A stretch of 64,000 bases of DNA from a virus (taxonomy: Duplodnaviria; Heunggongvirae; Uroviricota; Caudoviricetes). The translations under genes and the position numbers were made by a program. The DNA lies in IMG/VR virus record IMGVR_UViG_3300022871_000010; one strand, given 5' to 3'. Shown one piece after another: positions 8,387 to 17,900 of this stretch. A model generated the notes under the pieces. That model ran no database searches. It saw nothing but the letters and a program-made list of their open reading frames with translations, and was not told the DNA's origin. Numbering within the stretch: the stretch's first letter is position 1; the number at the start of each line of letters is the position of its first letter.

Positions 8387-10687
8387 TTATACATCACCCT
8401 GTTCTTCCCTGATTTTCATAATTAATTGTTTTGCATCAGTCATGATTTGTTGCACTTGTTTTTTTGATATAGGAATGTCATACTGGTTCTTTACGTGAAG
8501 AGTAATTCTATTCATAGTCAGTGTCGTGTCATTAACCATAATATCTTGTAATGCAAGTAACAACAAAGACTTGTAAATATCTGTTGAAGAAACTTCACTA
8601 CGAACGACATCTTCATCATACACATTTCTTTCCCTAACCTTCAAGTATTTTGTGTACAACCAATTTGGAACTTTAGGAAATTTTATTATTTTCCAAAAAT
8701 TTGGATGTTTTTTTAGTTTCTTTTCAATCTCAGTTAATGAAGTGAACTCAGTATATGAGCCAACGTTTTTAAAATCTTTAAGTCTCCATGGGTCGTTACT
8801 TGGATTTTTATCTTTAACATAAATTGCGCCAAGACCTCTACCAAATAAATCTATCCAGTAATTTACGAAAGAATTATGAACCAATAGATTATTTGCAACA
8901 TAATTTTTGTTTTTGTTTACATTTAATATATCATAAACATCCACATTTGGTTCTTTATTTATTTGTATTATTGATTCAAACTTATTTGATATTGTAAAAA
9001 TTTTATGATTATGTGTTAATTCATGTAATTGTTTCCATCCATCATTTGTAAAAAAACTATGATTTTTTGTGGCCTTAATTTTATTATTTGTTGTAATAAT
9101 TTCAAAGACTATATCATTTTTTGTTTTTACACAAGCTTCAGCAAATTGATATTCATACTTTTTATTTTTTATATCATAGCTTAATACTTCAATGTTTGAT
9201 TTATTTTCTAAATGTTTTATTTTTTGTAAACCCTGTCTAGTATGTATTAAAGTGTCCCCATGTAAACATTCTAAATAATTTTTTTCTATCTTAACAATTT
9301 TTAATGGAAAACATAAAATAAATAATAAATGTTTTGTTCTAACTTCCGCTAACCGTTTTTTTAATTCTTTAGACTCTTTTTTTGCCCAATCCGCAGAACT
9401 ATTATGTACAACAAAATTATTAGCAATATAATTATTATTATCTTCAACATTAATTATATCATAAACATCTATTTTTTCTTTTTTTGTTATGCTTTTAATT
9501 TTTATAAATTTATTATTAAAACATACTAACATATTTTTATTAATATGTTGCAATTCTTTCCATCCATTATTTGTTAAAAATTTATGTTCTTTAGTGGCTC
9601 TTATAATGTTTTCATTTTCGATTTCTAATTCATATACATAATCTGTTTTTGTTTTAATTATTGTTTTGGCTTTTTTAAATTCTGTTTGTTTATTTTTTAT
9701 ATTATATGATAATACTTTAATATTTTTTTTATTTACTAAAGTGCTTATTTTTTTAGGACCTTCTAAGGTTTGAATAATTGTGTTTCCACAAATACACGCA
9801 AACCTTACCGCTTCATCTGCGATTATTGGTTCGAACGCATTTAATTTATTAATTTTATCCATAACGTCTTTATTGTTATAGGCTAAATGTCTATTGGGGT
9901 CAAATCTTATTCCAATTAATTTACACCATTCTCTAGCTAACATTATTGAGGCAGACGATTTTCCAGTATTTGAAACAACAAACCCGTTAGCTATAAAATT
10001 ATGATTATCTCTAACATTAACTACATCATAAACATTTTGTTTTCCTAAATGTTTTATTGATTTTATTATATTATTTATTATTTTTTTATTATTATCAACT
10101 GTCACAATTTTTTTAGTTTTATCATTTATTTTCAAATCTTTTAATTCTTTATATGTTCCGTCCATTAATAAAAACGGATGGTCTGCAGTGGCCTTTATAA
10201 TTTGACCAGTTATTAATTCTAATTCATATACATCATCATACTTAGCAAACTCTACACCGTCAGAATCTTTTATTTCTAATTTTTTAGTATCCTTATTAAA
10301 TGAATAAACTTTTATTGGACCTTTATTTATTAGTTCTTTTAATGGAACTCCAACCGGATATTTTGTTAAATCTCTAGGCATCATCAATAAAGAATCATCT
10401 GTCAAACATCCTTTCTCAGAAGTCATTAGTACCATACTATCGTAGTTGGCTAAATTTCTATAAAGTAAATGTTTTGCAAACATTCTAAATATGTTGAAAC
10501 CTCTGTTGTTTGGTTTTTCTCCTTCAACATATTTTTTACCTTCTTCATTGTGCATTTCTTGAATTATAAATAGAATATCATTTAACCCAAGCTTGACACT
10601 ACTTGGATTGTCTGTCTTAAAAGATTCTTTAATTATGTTTTCTACTAATCTCCTAGTACCAAAACCTAACTCTTTTGCGTCAGCCAT
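8387..10687 (-). CDS. AAA+/P-loop ATPase interrupted by three mini-inteins. The extein is about 355 aa and is Orc1/Cdc6-like or packaging-ATPase-like.
   Basis: The spliced extein reads SEKG|TGKSSASIML (Walker A), then about 50 aa later EPIIADEAVRFA (Walker B). Three inserts each start with Cys and end in (H/S)N followed by Ser or Thr. Confidence 0.7.
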   Translation of the reverse strand: MADAKELGFGTRRLVENIIKESFKTDNPSSVKLGLNDILFIIQEMHNEEGKKYVEGEKPNNRGFNIFRMFAKHLLYRNLANYDSMVLMTSEKGCLTDDSLLMMPRDLTKYPVGVPLKELINKGPIKVYSFNKDTKKLEIKDSDGVEFAKYDDVYELELITGQIIKATADHPFLLMDGTYKELKDLKINDKTKKIVTVDNNKKIINNIIKSIKHLGKQNVYDVVNVRDNHNFIANGFVVSNTGKSSASIMLAREWCKLIGIRFDPNRHLAYNNKDVMDKINKLNAFEPIIADEAVRFACICGNTIIQTLEGPKKISTLVNKKNIKVLSYNIKNKQTEFKKAKTIIKTKTDYVYELEIENENIIRATKEHKFLTNNGWKELQHINKNMLVCFNNKFIKIKSITKKEKIDVYDIINVEDNNNYIANNFVVHNSSADWAKKESKELKKRLAEVRTKHLLFILCFPLKIVKIEKNYLECLHGDTLIHTRQGLQKIKHLENKSNIEVLSYDIKNKKYEYQFAEACVKTKNDIVFEIITTNNKIKATKNHSFFTNDGWKQLHELTHNHKIFTISNKFESIIQINKEPNVDVYDILNVNKNKNYVANNLLVHNSFVNYWIDLFGRGLGAIYVKDKNPSNDPWRLKDFKNVGSYTEFTSLTEIEKKLKKHPNFWKIIKFPKVPNWLYTKYLKVRERNVYDEDVVRSEVSSTDIYKSLLLLALQDIMVNDTTLTMNRITLHVKNQYDIPISKKQVQQIMTDAKQLIMKIREEQGDV
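8873..9268 (-). mobile_element. Mini-intein 3 (aa 474-605, 132 aa).
   Basis: Starts CLHGDTLIHT. Ends KNYVANNLLVHN|S. It is paralogous to intein 2: both have EVLSY / KATK(E/N)H / VYDI(I/L)NV. Confidence 0.8.
9401..9796 (-). mobile_element. Mini-intein 2 (aa 298-429, 132 aa), inserted just after Walker B.
   Basis: Starts CICGNTIIQT. Ends NNYIANNFVVHN|S. Confidence 0.8.
9968..10408 (-). mobile_element. Mini-intein 1 (aa 94-240, 147 aa), inserted inside the P-loop between G and TGKS.
   Basis: Starts CLTDDSLLMM. Contains the block-B-like TADHPFLL. Ends DNHNFIANGFVVSN|T. Confidence 0.8.
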
Positions 10688-10694
10688 TTAAGGA

Positions 10695-11090
10695 TTATTT
10701 ATTTCCTGGTTTTAATTTTAATAACGCTGTTATTTCATTACTATATTTTGATAGCTCTGCTTGTATTGCATCATTGATTACGTTGGCTTTTGTTTTATCT
10801 GTTATTGCCGCTAGTGCTGATATCTTTTCTTTCATTCCAAGTCTTAAATGAAACCCATAAAATGTTTTTTCTTTAACTTGAACTACTGGTTCTTCAACTG
10901 CAGCCATTATTTTTTCAGCTACTTGTATTTTAATTGGTGGCTCAACTACTTCAAAATCAAAATTTGTTTCTGTTTCGGTAAGAGGTTCTTCGTCTTTATT
11001 TACTTGTTCTACAATAGATTCTTGTTCTAGCTTTAGTTCTTGCATTGGTGTTTCTATTTCTTCAATTTGGTTGTTTTCTTGTTCTGTCAT
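10695..11090 (-). CDS. Acidic protein with a C-terminal ribbon-helix-helix (CopG/ParG/Arc-like) DNA-binding domain.
   Basis: C-terminus KEKTFYGFHLRLGMKEKISALAAITDKTKANVINDAIQAEL fits the RHH beta-alpha-alpha pattern. The N-terminus is E/Q-rich. Confidence 0.45.
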   Translation of the reverse strand: MTEQENNQIEEIETPMQELKLEQESIVEQVNKDEEPLTETETNFDFEVVEPPIKIQVAEKIMAAVEEPVVQVKEKTFYGFHLRLGMKEKISALAAITDKTKANVINDAIQAELSKYSNEITALLKLKPGNK

Positions 11091-11160
11091 TTTTGTACCC
11101 TCTTAGATTAAGATATTGATATATCTTCTTAATTTTTACTCCTTTATATATTTAACCATT

Positions 11161-12393
11161 CTATAAACATTTTAACTCTTTATACTCTTGTGCCATTAAT
11201 TGTAAAAACTTCTTTCTACTGTCTGCGTTTGCTGATTCAATAGTATCCTCACAGTATATTTGATATATACGGCTTACACTATCTTCTTTCTTTCTTAGCG
11301 TTCTTCCCATACGTTGAATGGTTTGTTTCTGTGAAGATTCTCCCGCCATTATTATTGCTAAATCTATTTTTGGTAAATTGTATCCTTCATCTAAAACTTT
11401 ACTAGCCAGCAATATGTTATACTTGTCATTTTTGTAATCCATCAAATTTTTTTCTCTAACTGCATCTGATATTCCACTATGTATGATTCTACAATTAATA
11501 CCCAAATCTAGTAGATGCCAGTATAGTTTTGATGTCTGTGAATTATATTGATTAAACACTATGATTTTTTTATGCTTATATTTATTTATTATCTTTTTTG
11601 CCACTATAAATTTTTTATAGAAATTGTTTACTAACTGTTTTCTTGCATTTAACATTGCTAAATATTTTGGTTTGGTTGGTGTCTTCAACATCATTATTTG
11701 TTTATGACCTCCATGTATTTTCATCAGCGATGATATTTGATGTGTTACTCTGTCATATTCTATTTTTGTTTTATCATCCAGGTTTACTGAAATGCTTGTG
11801 AATATAAATGGATTTAATATGTCATCATCTAATGCTTGCTTTAAATCATATTTAAACACGTTGTAATCAAATATTTTCATAAGGTCATAATGTTTATCAT
11901 CCAAACGCTTTAGAGTGGCTGTGAGTCCTAATTTGTATTTAAACTTATGTTCTAATACTTCCAATAATCTTTCAGATGCAAAATTATGGACCTCGTCCAC
12001 AATTAACATATCAAATATTTCTAAAGGTAACTTGGTTATTGATTGCATATTGGTTAATGTAATTTTTGTTATTTCTTTAATCTTCCCATAAAATACTCCT
12101 ACGTCTTGAATCTTTAATCCTTGGTCTATCAACTCTTTATACCATCCTGTTTCTAGAATAACATTTTTTGGTACCACCACTAAAATTTTAATATCTGGAT
12201 GTTTTTTAATTATTGATTTTATTATATCAACTGCTATCAAGGTTTTACCACTACCTGTGGCTACTTCAAAAATGGCGTTGTTATGTTTTAAAAAATATTT
12301 TTTTGATTCAGTTTGCCATTTATGCAGTTCTTTTTTATTCTTTTTGAGATTTTTTATTTTCTCTTCTAATTCGTCTATGTCTGTATCTTCCAT
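11161..12393 (-). CDS. Superfamily-2 DEAD/DEAH-type helicase (410 aa).
   Basis: Motif I ATGSGKT, motif II IVDEVHNF, motif III LGLTATL, and motifs V/VI LLASKVLDEGYNLP...QRMGRTLR. Confidence 0.8.
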   Translation of the reverse strand: MEDTDIDELEEKIKNLKKNKKELHKWQTESKKYFLKHNNAIFEVATGSGKTLIAVDIIKSIIKKHPDIKILVVVPKNVILETGWYKELIDQGLKIQDVGVFYGKIKEITKITLTNMQSITKLPLEIFDMLIVDEVHNFASERLLEVLEHKFKYKLGLTATLKRLDDKHYDLMKIFDYNVFKYDLKQALDDDILNPFIFTSISVNLDDKTKIEYDRVTHQISSLMKIHGGHKQIMMLKTPTKPKYLAMLNARKQLVNNFYKKFIVAKKIINKYKHKKIIVFNQYNSQTSKLYWHLLDLGINCRIIHSGISDAVREKNLMDYKNDKYNILLASKVLDEGYNLPKIDLAIIMAGESSQKQTIQRMGRTLRKKEDSVSRIYQIYCEDTIESANADSRKKFLQLMAQEYKELKCL

Positions 12394-12462
12394 TTTAGTT
12401 TTAAGAAAAAAGGTTATACCACACGAATGCAGTATAACCCGGTGATAGGTGATAAGTATTGT

Positions 12463-12586
12463 TTTAAATGAACTGTTTGTAGTTTGTTTAAACCTGAAGT
12501 TTAAATGAACTGTTTGTAGTTTGTTTAAACCTGAAGTTTAAATGAACTGTTTGTAGTTTGTTTAAACCTGAAGTTTAAATGAACTC
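12463..12586. repeat. Perfect tandem direct repeat: a 37-bp unit (tttaaatgaactgtttgtagtttgtttaaacctgaag) in about 3.3 copies, in the upstream region of the helicase gene.
   Basis: Units begin at 12463, 12500, 12537 and 12574 and are identical. Confidence 0.9.
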
Positions 12587-12677
12587 TTTAATTTTTATTC
12601 TTACATACCATAGTTTACTTAATTCATCAATGTGGTCTACAGCTTTACTATTAACTAATATATCTCTAATTCTTGCT

Positions 12678-13238
12678 TCAATTTCTCCTACTTGAACTTT
12701 TAGTATTTTTTTGTTTATTTCTATTTTTATTCACCCTCTTTAGTTTTTGTTGTTGTGGTTGTGGTCTTGATATACCTAAAGCTCTTTCTAGTCTATCGTT
12801 ATATACTCCGCCTCTAGATTGATTATTGTTGTTATTGTTTTGATTGTTGTTGTTATTGTTTTGATTGTTATTTGAATTATTGTTTGATACTCCTAACATT
12901 CTATTAATTTTATCTGAAATACTATTCCCGCCATTTTGACCACCATTAGACATTCCACCAAAACTAAAGGCTTTAGCTAACTTTTCTAGTTTGTCGGTTT
13001 TGTCTTGACCTGTCATCTTCTTAATTTCTTGTTCTTTAATATGTTTTACCATTTCAGGTCTTAATTCTAATAATGCTTGTTCTCTTGCTTCCGTCATTAT
13101 CTTATTTTTGAATTCTTTTTCTTTACGTTTTGTTTCTAACCTATTTTTTATTTTTGTTATAAGTTTTGATATTAATCCAGGCTTCTTAACTTCAACCTTT
13201 TCTTCAATTCCATATCTTTCTAATTCTTCCATATTCAT
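12678..13238 (-). CDS. Hypothetical Lys-rich coiled-coil protein with a poly-Asn/Gln low-complexity tract (186 aa).
   Basis: ORF with NNNSNNNQNNNNNNQNNNNNNQ, encoded by imperfect nucleotide repeats at about 12790-12880. Confidence 0.5.
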   Translation of the reverse strand: MNMEELERYGIEEKVEVKKPGLISKLITKIKNRLETKRKEKEFKNKIMTEAREQALLELRPEMVKHIKEQEIKKMTGQDKTDKLEKLAKAFSFGGMSNGGQNGGNSISDKINRMLGVSNNNSNNNQNNNNNNQNNNNNNQSRGGVYNDRLERALGISRPQPQQQKLKRVNKNRNKQKNTKSSSRRN

Positions 13239-13454
13239 TTTATTTCACCTATCATAATTGTTTATATTAATATAATTAATAATGATATATATAAATGTTT
13301 TGTTTTACCATTATCCCTTATCATATTCAAAGTCACCTGACACTGGTTACAGTGACACTCATAATATATTCTTAAAGTCTATATATATAAAATTGTTATA
13401 TATATACACTCTCTGAAGGCTTTTAGAAATGCACAATATTTATTAGAAAAAACA

Positions 13455-13997
13455 TTTGTCAGTGACTGTATATATTTATTACTTTAATATACAATTATAT
13501 TATTATATCATATATACAGTCACTGCGTCAGTATACACATGTGTATACTCGAACGCGTTTTAGGCTTTTTTGAACTGTAAATGGCTGTACTTTTTTATAC
13601 CTAAAAGCCATACTAAAACTTCTTATAATAACAACACAAGGTCTGTATGTATATATATGGTGTATATGGGTTATACTTCTATCTCTATATGTATTATATT
13701 AACTACTCAGAGAGTATATATATTTTTTAATTTTATATTTTCATTATTTATGATATTTTCTTTGGCTTTTTCTTGGCTTTTTTTGGCTAAAATGGCTTTT
13801 TTTGGCTTTCCTTTATAAAAGGATTGGCTATATTGTGGCTTTTTTATAATATTTTTTAGCCATTATGGCTAAAATTTTAGCCAAAATCACTGAAAACCTG
13901 AAAAATAATTAGTGACTGTATATACAGTCACTATTTGTAAATTCAATAAATCACAATAAATTATGTTAAAAGTTCAGTGACTATATATATAGTCACT
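13455..13997. promoter_or_regulatory. Palindrome cluster in the divergent strand-switch intergenic region. It is a candidate operator array and/or replication origin.
   Basis: Inverted repeat CAGTGACTGTATATA (13460-13474) with TATATACAGTCACTG (13511-13525). 20-bp perfect palindrome AGTATACACATGTGTATACT (13530-13549). 22-bp perfect palindromes AGTGACTGTATATACAGTCACT (13911-13932) and AGTGACTATATATATAGTCACT (13976-13997). Confidence 0.6.
13762..13886. repeat. Array of TTGGCT direct repeats ending in the palindromes TAGCCATTATGGCTA and GGCTAAAATTTTAGCC. This is a candidate protein-binding iteron field.
   Basis: At least six copies of TTGGCTTTTT-like units, then a perfect palindrome at 13857-13871 and a 16-bp one at 13867-13882. 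Confidence 0.55.
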
Positions 13998-14152
13998 ATC
14001 TTGTCACATTTTTTCAGTGACACTTTTCCAATATTATGATAGGGTTGTGCAAAATAAAAACATTTATATATATCAAAGAAAATAATAATATTCATATAGA
14101 AAAAAAGGAATTAATTTTTAACAATTCTTTTTTGTAAATAGGTGATATATTT

Positions 14153-14539
14153 ATGACATATGAAAAAAACAATAAACATTTATACTTAGGGATAACAAAA
14201 GACCTACTGGTCAAAATAAAAAAAATTAATCAATTCTTAGAAATACCCCAACATATCATTATTAATTCTGCATTAAAATCTCAATTAAACATTTTATCAA
14301 GTGCTGAAGATGTTATTAATCTTAAACCATATTTTGAACAACATATAAAATTTATAAGATATGATAATAACATTATGACACATATTAGTCAAATTAAAAG
14401 ATTAAGTCAAATGGCTTTTTTATTAGATACCACCAAAGCGCAATGCATATATATTTTAGTTAATAAAGGTTTAGATGAAAAATTAAAGCTAATGAATTTA
14501 AAACAACAATATGTGGTATCTAATAATAGGGGGTACTAA
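14153..14539 (+). CDS. Hypothetical protein (128 aa). First gene of the plus-strand block.
   Basis: ORF preceded by a TATA-like aaaacatttatatata and the SD aggtga. Confidence 0.5.
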   Translation: MTYEKNNKHLYLGITKDLLVKIKKINQFLEIPQHIIINSALKSQLNILSSAEDVINLKPYFEQHIKFIRYDNNIMTHISQIKRLSQMAFLLDTTKAQCIYILVNKGLDEKLKLMNLKQQYVVSNNRGY

Positions 14540-16738
14540 ATGACTCCGACTAATTTTCAGATATTAACTCCCAGTCAAATAAATATATTATCTTCACATG
14601 ATTTAATTAATAAACAAATAGATAAAGTTTTTAATAGAATCTTTAATGCTTCATCAAAAAAATTAGCCAGTATATTATTAACAGGTGATTATATTGATAT
14701 TAACATTTTATCATTCAAACCTAATTATGAAGCATTCATTAAACGAAATTCTGGATTATTTAATTCAATGGAATCAAATGGTACAACAATTTATTTATTA
14801 AATAATGATGTAGCTAAAAATTTACATACAGAATTATTAAAAACTTTACAAAAGATAGGTACAGCCATTGTAGATGCAGATGAAGATGATTCTGAAAAAT
14901 GGACTAAAAAACAAATTAATGGTCAAGAGTTTTATGAAGTTAATGAAGCAACAACTTTTCAAGATATAAGACAAATTCTTGGTAAGGAAGGAAAAAATAT
15001 AAATTTTCGTTATCCATTTAGAAAAGCTGATATGAAAGCAGCAGTGTTTGAGAATAAGAATACTCTACAAATGGTTAATGTACACATTAATAATGATGGT
15101 GAATATTTTGGTTACCCAGTAACTTATACATATATATGTCCTGAGTGTAGAGAAATCTTTACATGCCCGGAATATGAAACGAGTTCTAAGCAGGCTAATA
15201 AGATGGCTTGCACTGGAGAAGTAACTACTATAGATAGTCATAATGTAGAAAAATTAAAGAGATGTAATAATAGTTTAATTCCGGATAATAATAGGACTGA
15301 AACTAAAGACTCATTTATTTATGATGTATCATTCATTAATGAAGATGGTAATAATCAAAAGGCTGAAGCTATATCATTCATTCAATTACCCAAAGGAAAC
15401 ATCCGTGTAGTATTACAAAAGATACCTAGGGCTTTCGGAATACAATTAGTTCACATTGTAGATTATGAAGAAATAGAAAAGAAATCTTTAGAACTACCTC
15501 CAAGAAAATCTAAACATTATATGTTTGATTTAATAAAAGCTATAGATGATTATATTTTAAAAATAACCAATTATAAACATTATGGGTTTTTATCAATGAA
15601 GATGTCTATGCTATTACAATTTTTTGCTAGATATAATAGGGATATAAAAAATAATTATAACATGGCATTATCCGGGACTATGTCTTCAGGTAAATCTCAG
15701 TTCTCTAGATATTGGGGACTAACTTTATATTCACAAAGTTGTTGGAGCAGCAATGCAACAAGTATTAGTATACCAAAACTTCGTGGAACAATGGAATCAT
15801 TTCATTTGTTTGGTAAAGATTATCGTTATCAATATAAAGGTTTATTTGGAGAAAAAGATTTAATCATAATTGATGAAGTTAAAGAAGCCCCTGATGTAAA
15901 AAACAATTTGAAGCAGTATGCTTTAGAACCAACTTATGAATATTCCAAACAAGGAAGTAATAATCAAACTTATGAAAGAACCGCTCAATTAATAATTACG
16001 CAAAACATCGATACAAAACATTTGGATAGATATGCTAAGGCTGTACAGAAAATTTATATGTCCGACTCTTTAGTGGTTGATGATGAAAGCGTTGGGCCTA
16101 AACCAGCCTGGGGGTTTTCTGAAGATTTAACTCTGCCATTGTATGCTTATGCAAATCCTTATTTACAGTATGCAGTTCAAAAGGCCAGAGATGAATATGA
16201 AAGAAGTCAAATCAATTGGATTGATGGTTCTGAACTTGCACTGAAACAAAGGTTTTTCTTTTATTTTTATTTAAGTTCTGAAGAAAGCAATCATGAATTA
16301 AAAACAGTAATCCAGGAAAACAGTGTTAACAAAATTATATCAAACAACACAAACATTGTTAAATTAATGAATTGTGATAAGTTAGTTAAGTATGTTAAAG
16401 ACCAGGAACACTTGTTTGAAAATTATAATGATATAAAATATTTTAACAAAGTTGATGATATTTTAAAAACTTATAAGAAACGAAATGACGCAAGGACCAA
16501 AGAAATGGCTTACATGATAATTAAAATGTTAAGAATGATTGATGGGCGTAAAGAATGTAATGATACAGATTTAGAAATTTTTACTTACATTATAGAAAAC
16601 ATAGATAACAAAATAGAAATTATTAACACAAATAATTTTGTCATTAAAGGAGCGCACTCAGTGGTTTTAAAAGTAGATGAAAGAAACGCTGAAGATGACG
16701 AATGGGAAAACAATAACAATAAAGGAAACTTTTTTTAG
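14540..16738 (+). CDS. AAA+ replicative-helicase candidate (MCM-like or SF3/D5-like) with an N-terminal Cys-cluster zinc module (732 aa).
   Basis: Zn module ICPECREIFTCPEY...MACTGE...KRCNN. Walker A LSGTMSSGKSQF (MCM-type GKSQ). Walker B LFGEKDLIIIDEVKEA about 60 aa later. Sensor-1 / motif-C-like TAQLIITQN. Confidence 0.5.
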   Translation: MTPTNFQILTPSQINILSSHDLINKQIDKVFNRIFNASSKKLASILLTGDYIDINILSFKPNYEAFIKRNSGLFNSMESNGTTIYLLNNDVAKNLHTELLKTLQKIGTAIVDADEDDSEKWTKKQINGQEFYEVNEATTFQDIRQILGKEGKNINFRYPFRKADMKAAVFENKNTLQMVNVHINNDGEYFGYPVTYTYICPECREIFTCPEYETSSKQANKMACTGEVTTIDSHNVEKLKRCNNSLIPDNNRTETKDSFIYDVSFINEDGNNQKAEAISFIQLPKGNIRVVLQKIPRAFGIQLVHIVDYEEIEKKSLELPPRKSKHYMFDLIKAIDDYILKITNYKHYGFLSMKMSMLLQFFARYNRDIKNNYNMALSGTMSSGKSQFSRYWGLTLYSQSCWSSNATSISIPKLRGTMESFHLFGKDYRYQYKGLFGEKDLIIIDEVKEAPDVKNNLKQYALEPTYEYSKQGSNNQTYERTAQLIITQNIDTKHLDRYAKAVQKIYMSDSLVVDDESVGPKPAWGFSEDLTLPLYAYANPYLQYAVQKARDEYERSQINWIDGSELALKQRFFFYFYLSSEESNHELKTVIQENSVNKIISNNTNIVKLMNCDKLVKYVKDQEHLFENYNDIKYFNKVDDILKTYKKRNDARTKEMAYMIIKMLRMIDGRKECNDTDLEIFTYIIENIDNKIEIINTNNFVIKGAHSVVLKVDERNAEDDEWENNNNKGNFF

Positions 16739-16984
16739 GTGAAACAAATGGCATTAAGCGAAATAAAACAAAACATAAATAAATTAGAATCATTGGATAC
16801 AACAACTCTTATTAGATATATCAATGAATTATATTTACAAGAAAGAAAACAAACAAACAAAATTATTGGGTTACAAGGAAAAATTAAAAATTATAAAAGA
16901 AAAATATTAAAGGTTGTAACTTTATTAAACAAAGTGTTTGAAACAGAAGAACCAGTAAAGCTATGGAGAAAACAAAATGATTGA
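16739..16984 (+). CDS. Hypothetical small coiled-coil protein (81 aa).
   Basis: ORF abutting the upstream stop. Confidence 0.4.
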   Translation: MKQMALSEIKQNINKLESLDTTTLIRYINELYLQERKQTNKIIGLQGKIKNYKRKILKVVTLLNKVFETEEPVKLWRKQND

Positions 16985-17612
16985 AACCATTCCAGAACAG
17001 GACTTATCAAATATTAAAATTGTAACTATAGAGGATTTGTTGGTGTATTGTAAAAAAACCCTTACATTTTTTTCAAAAACTTTATTATTAAAACACGGGT
17101 TTACACCTGTAGAAATAAATATTCTTAATGGAATATATGACATGGAGATTAAAATGATTAACGAATTAGTTGAACAAAACTTAAAAAATAAGATTAAAAA
17201 CTTAACACTACAATTAAAAGACTGTAAGATTAAACTGCCACAAGTAGTTAAATCAAAAAATATTTTATCCTTTAATAAAACAAAGATGGGATATCAATGT
17301 ATTGCCTCTAGAGAAGGTAAAGATAAAACAACAAGAATACATAATAATTTTTGTTACATTGAGGACCTAGAATTAATGGAACAAATATTGAAAGAAGGAA
17401 CTACTAAAGAACATCCACAAATGGTATACAGAGACATTGTGGCAAAAATAATTAAGTCATATAACTTAAAATGTTCAGTGGATGCATTCAATGGTGGAAA
17501 AAATAGAAGTATGTATTATTTTGAAATATATTATTATCCACTAAAAGTATTAGAACATTTAAGAAAAGTTAAATTAAATAAGAGAGGAACAACCACGTTA
17601 ATTTACAGATGA
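16977..17612 (+). CDS. Hypothetical protein (211 aa).
   Basis: ORF only. Confidence 0.5.
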   Translation: MIETIPEQDLSNIKIVTIEDLLVYCKKTLTFFSKTLLLKHGFTPVEINILNGIYDMEIKMINELVEQNLKNKIKNLTLQLKDCKIKLPQVVKSKNILSFNKTKMGYQCIASREGKDKTTRIHNNFCYIEDLELMEQILKEGTTKEHPQMVYRDIVAKIIKSYNLKCSVDAFNGGKNRSMYYFEIYYYPLKVLEHLRKVKLNKRGTTTLIYR

Positions 17613-17899
17613 ATAAGACTAAGAGTGTAAAGTTCCAACGACTCGGGAAATATAACTGCAGAGTGCTTTCATTAAATGGGGCAATCTTTGGTTTAATAAA
17701 AAAGAGTAAAGTTGGCATATACTTTTATTGGGTATTCATTCCTGCAAATGTAAAGACCTTCGGGGACTTATGTTTTACAACAAGAAAAATTAGGGAAATC
17801 CACGACAAAGTTGTGGAGTGCCAAAAAAATAATAATGTAGTTATTGACGAACCAAACGAGTATGAATATTATCTTAAAGAAAAAAACGGTGAAATATAA
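17609..17899 (+). CDS. Hypothetical protein (96 aa).
   Basis: ORF with a 4-nt overlap to the upstream gene. Confidence 0.45.
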   Translation: MNKTKSVKFQRLGKYNCRVLSLNGAIFGLIKKSKVGIYFYWVFIPANVKTFGDLCFTTRKIREIHDKVVECQKNNNVVIDEPNEYEYYLKEKNGEI

Positions 17900-17900
17900 A

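Noticed and set aside
8307-8498. ORF 8307..8498 (+), and other 60-100 aa ORFs antisense to long genes (e.g. 10848..11030, 12257..12445, 17874..18056, 18104..18553, 19025..19417, 22796..23410, 28921..29172, 30469..30765, 36531..37022, 41647..42410).
   Set aside because: They are embedded antisense within well-supported genes in 70% AT DNA, which generates long random ORFs. None has independent support.
8387-10687. Calling the triple-intein ATPase a terminase large subunit (inteins often sit in terminase P-loops).
   Set aside because: The extein is only about 355 aa, with no room for a nuclease domain, and the Walker A to B spacing is about 50 aa, which is AAA+-like. The call is kept as a generic AAA+/P-loop ATPase.
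13570-13818. ORF 13570..13818 (82 aa) in the strand-switch region.
   Set aside because: It is composed of the TTGGCT repeat and palindromes (translated as FGFL...). Its codon usage is atypical and there is no RBS, so it is more likely regulatory DNA.
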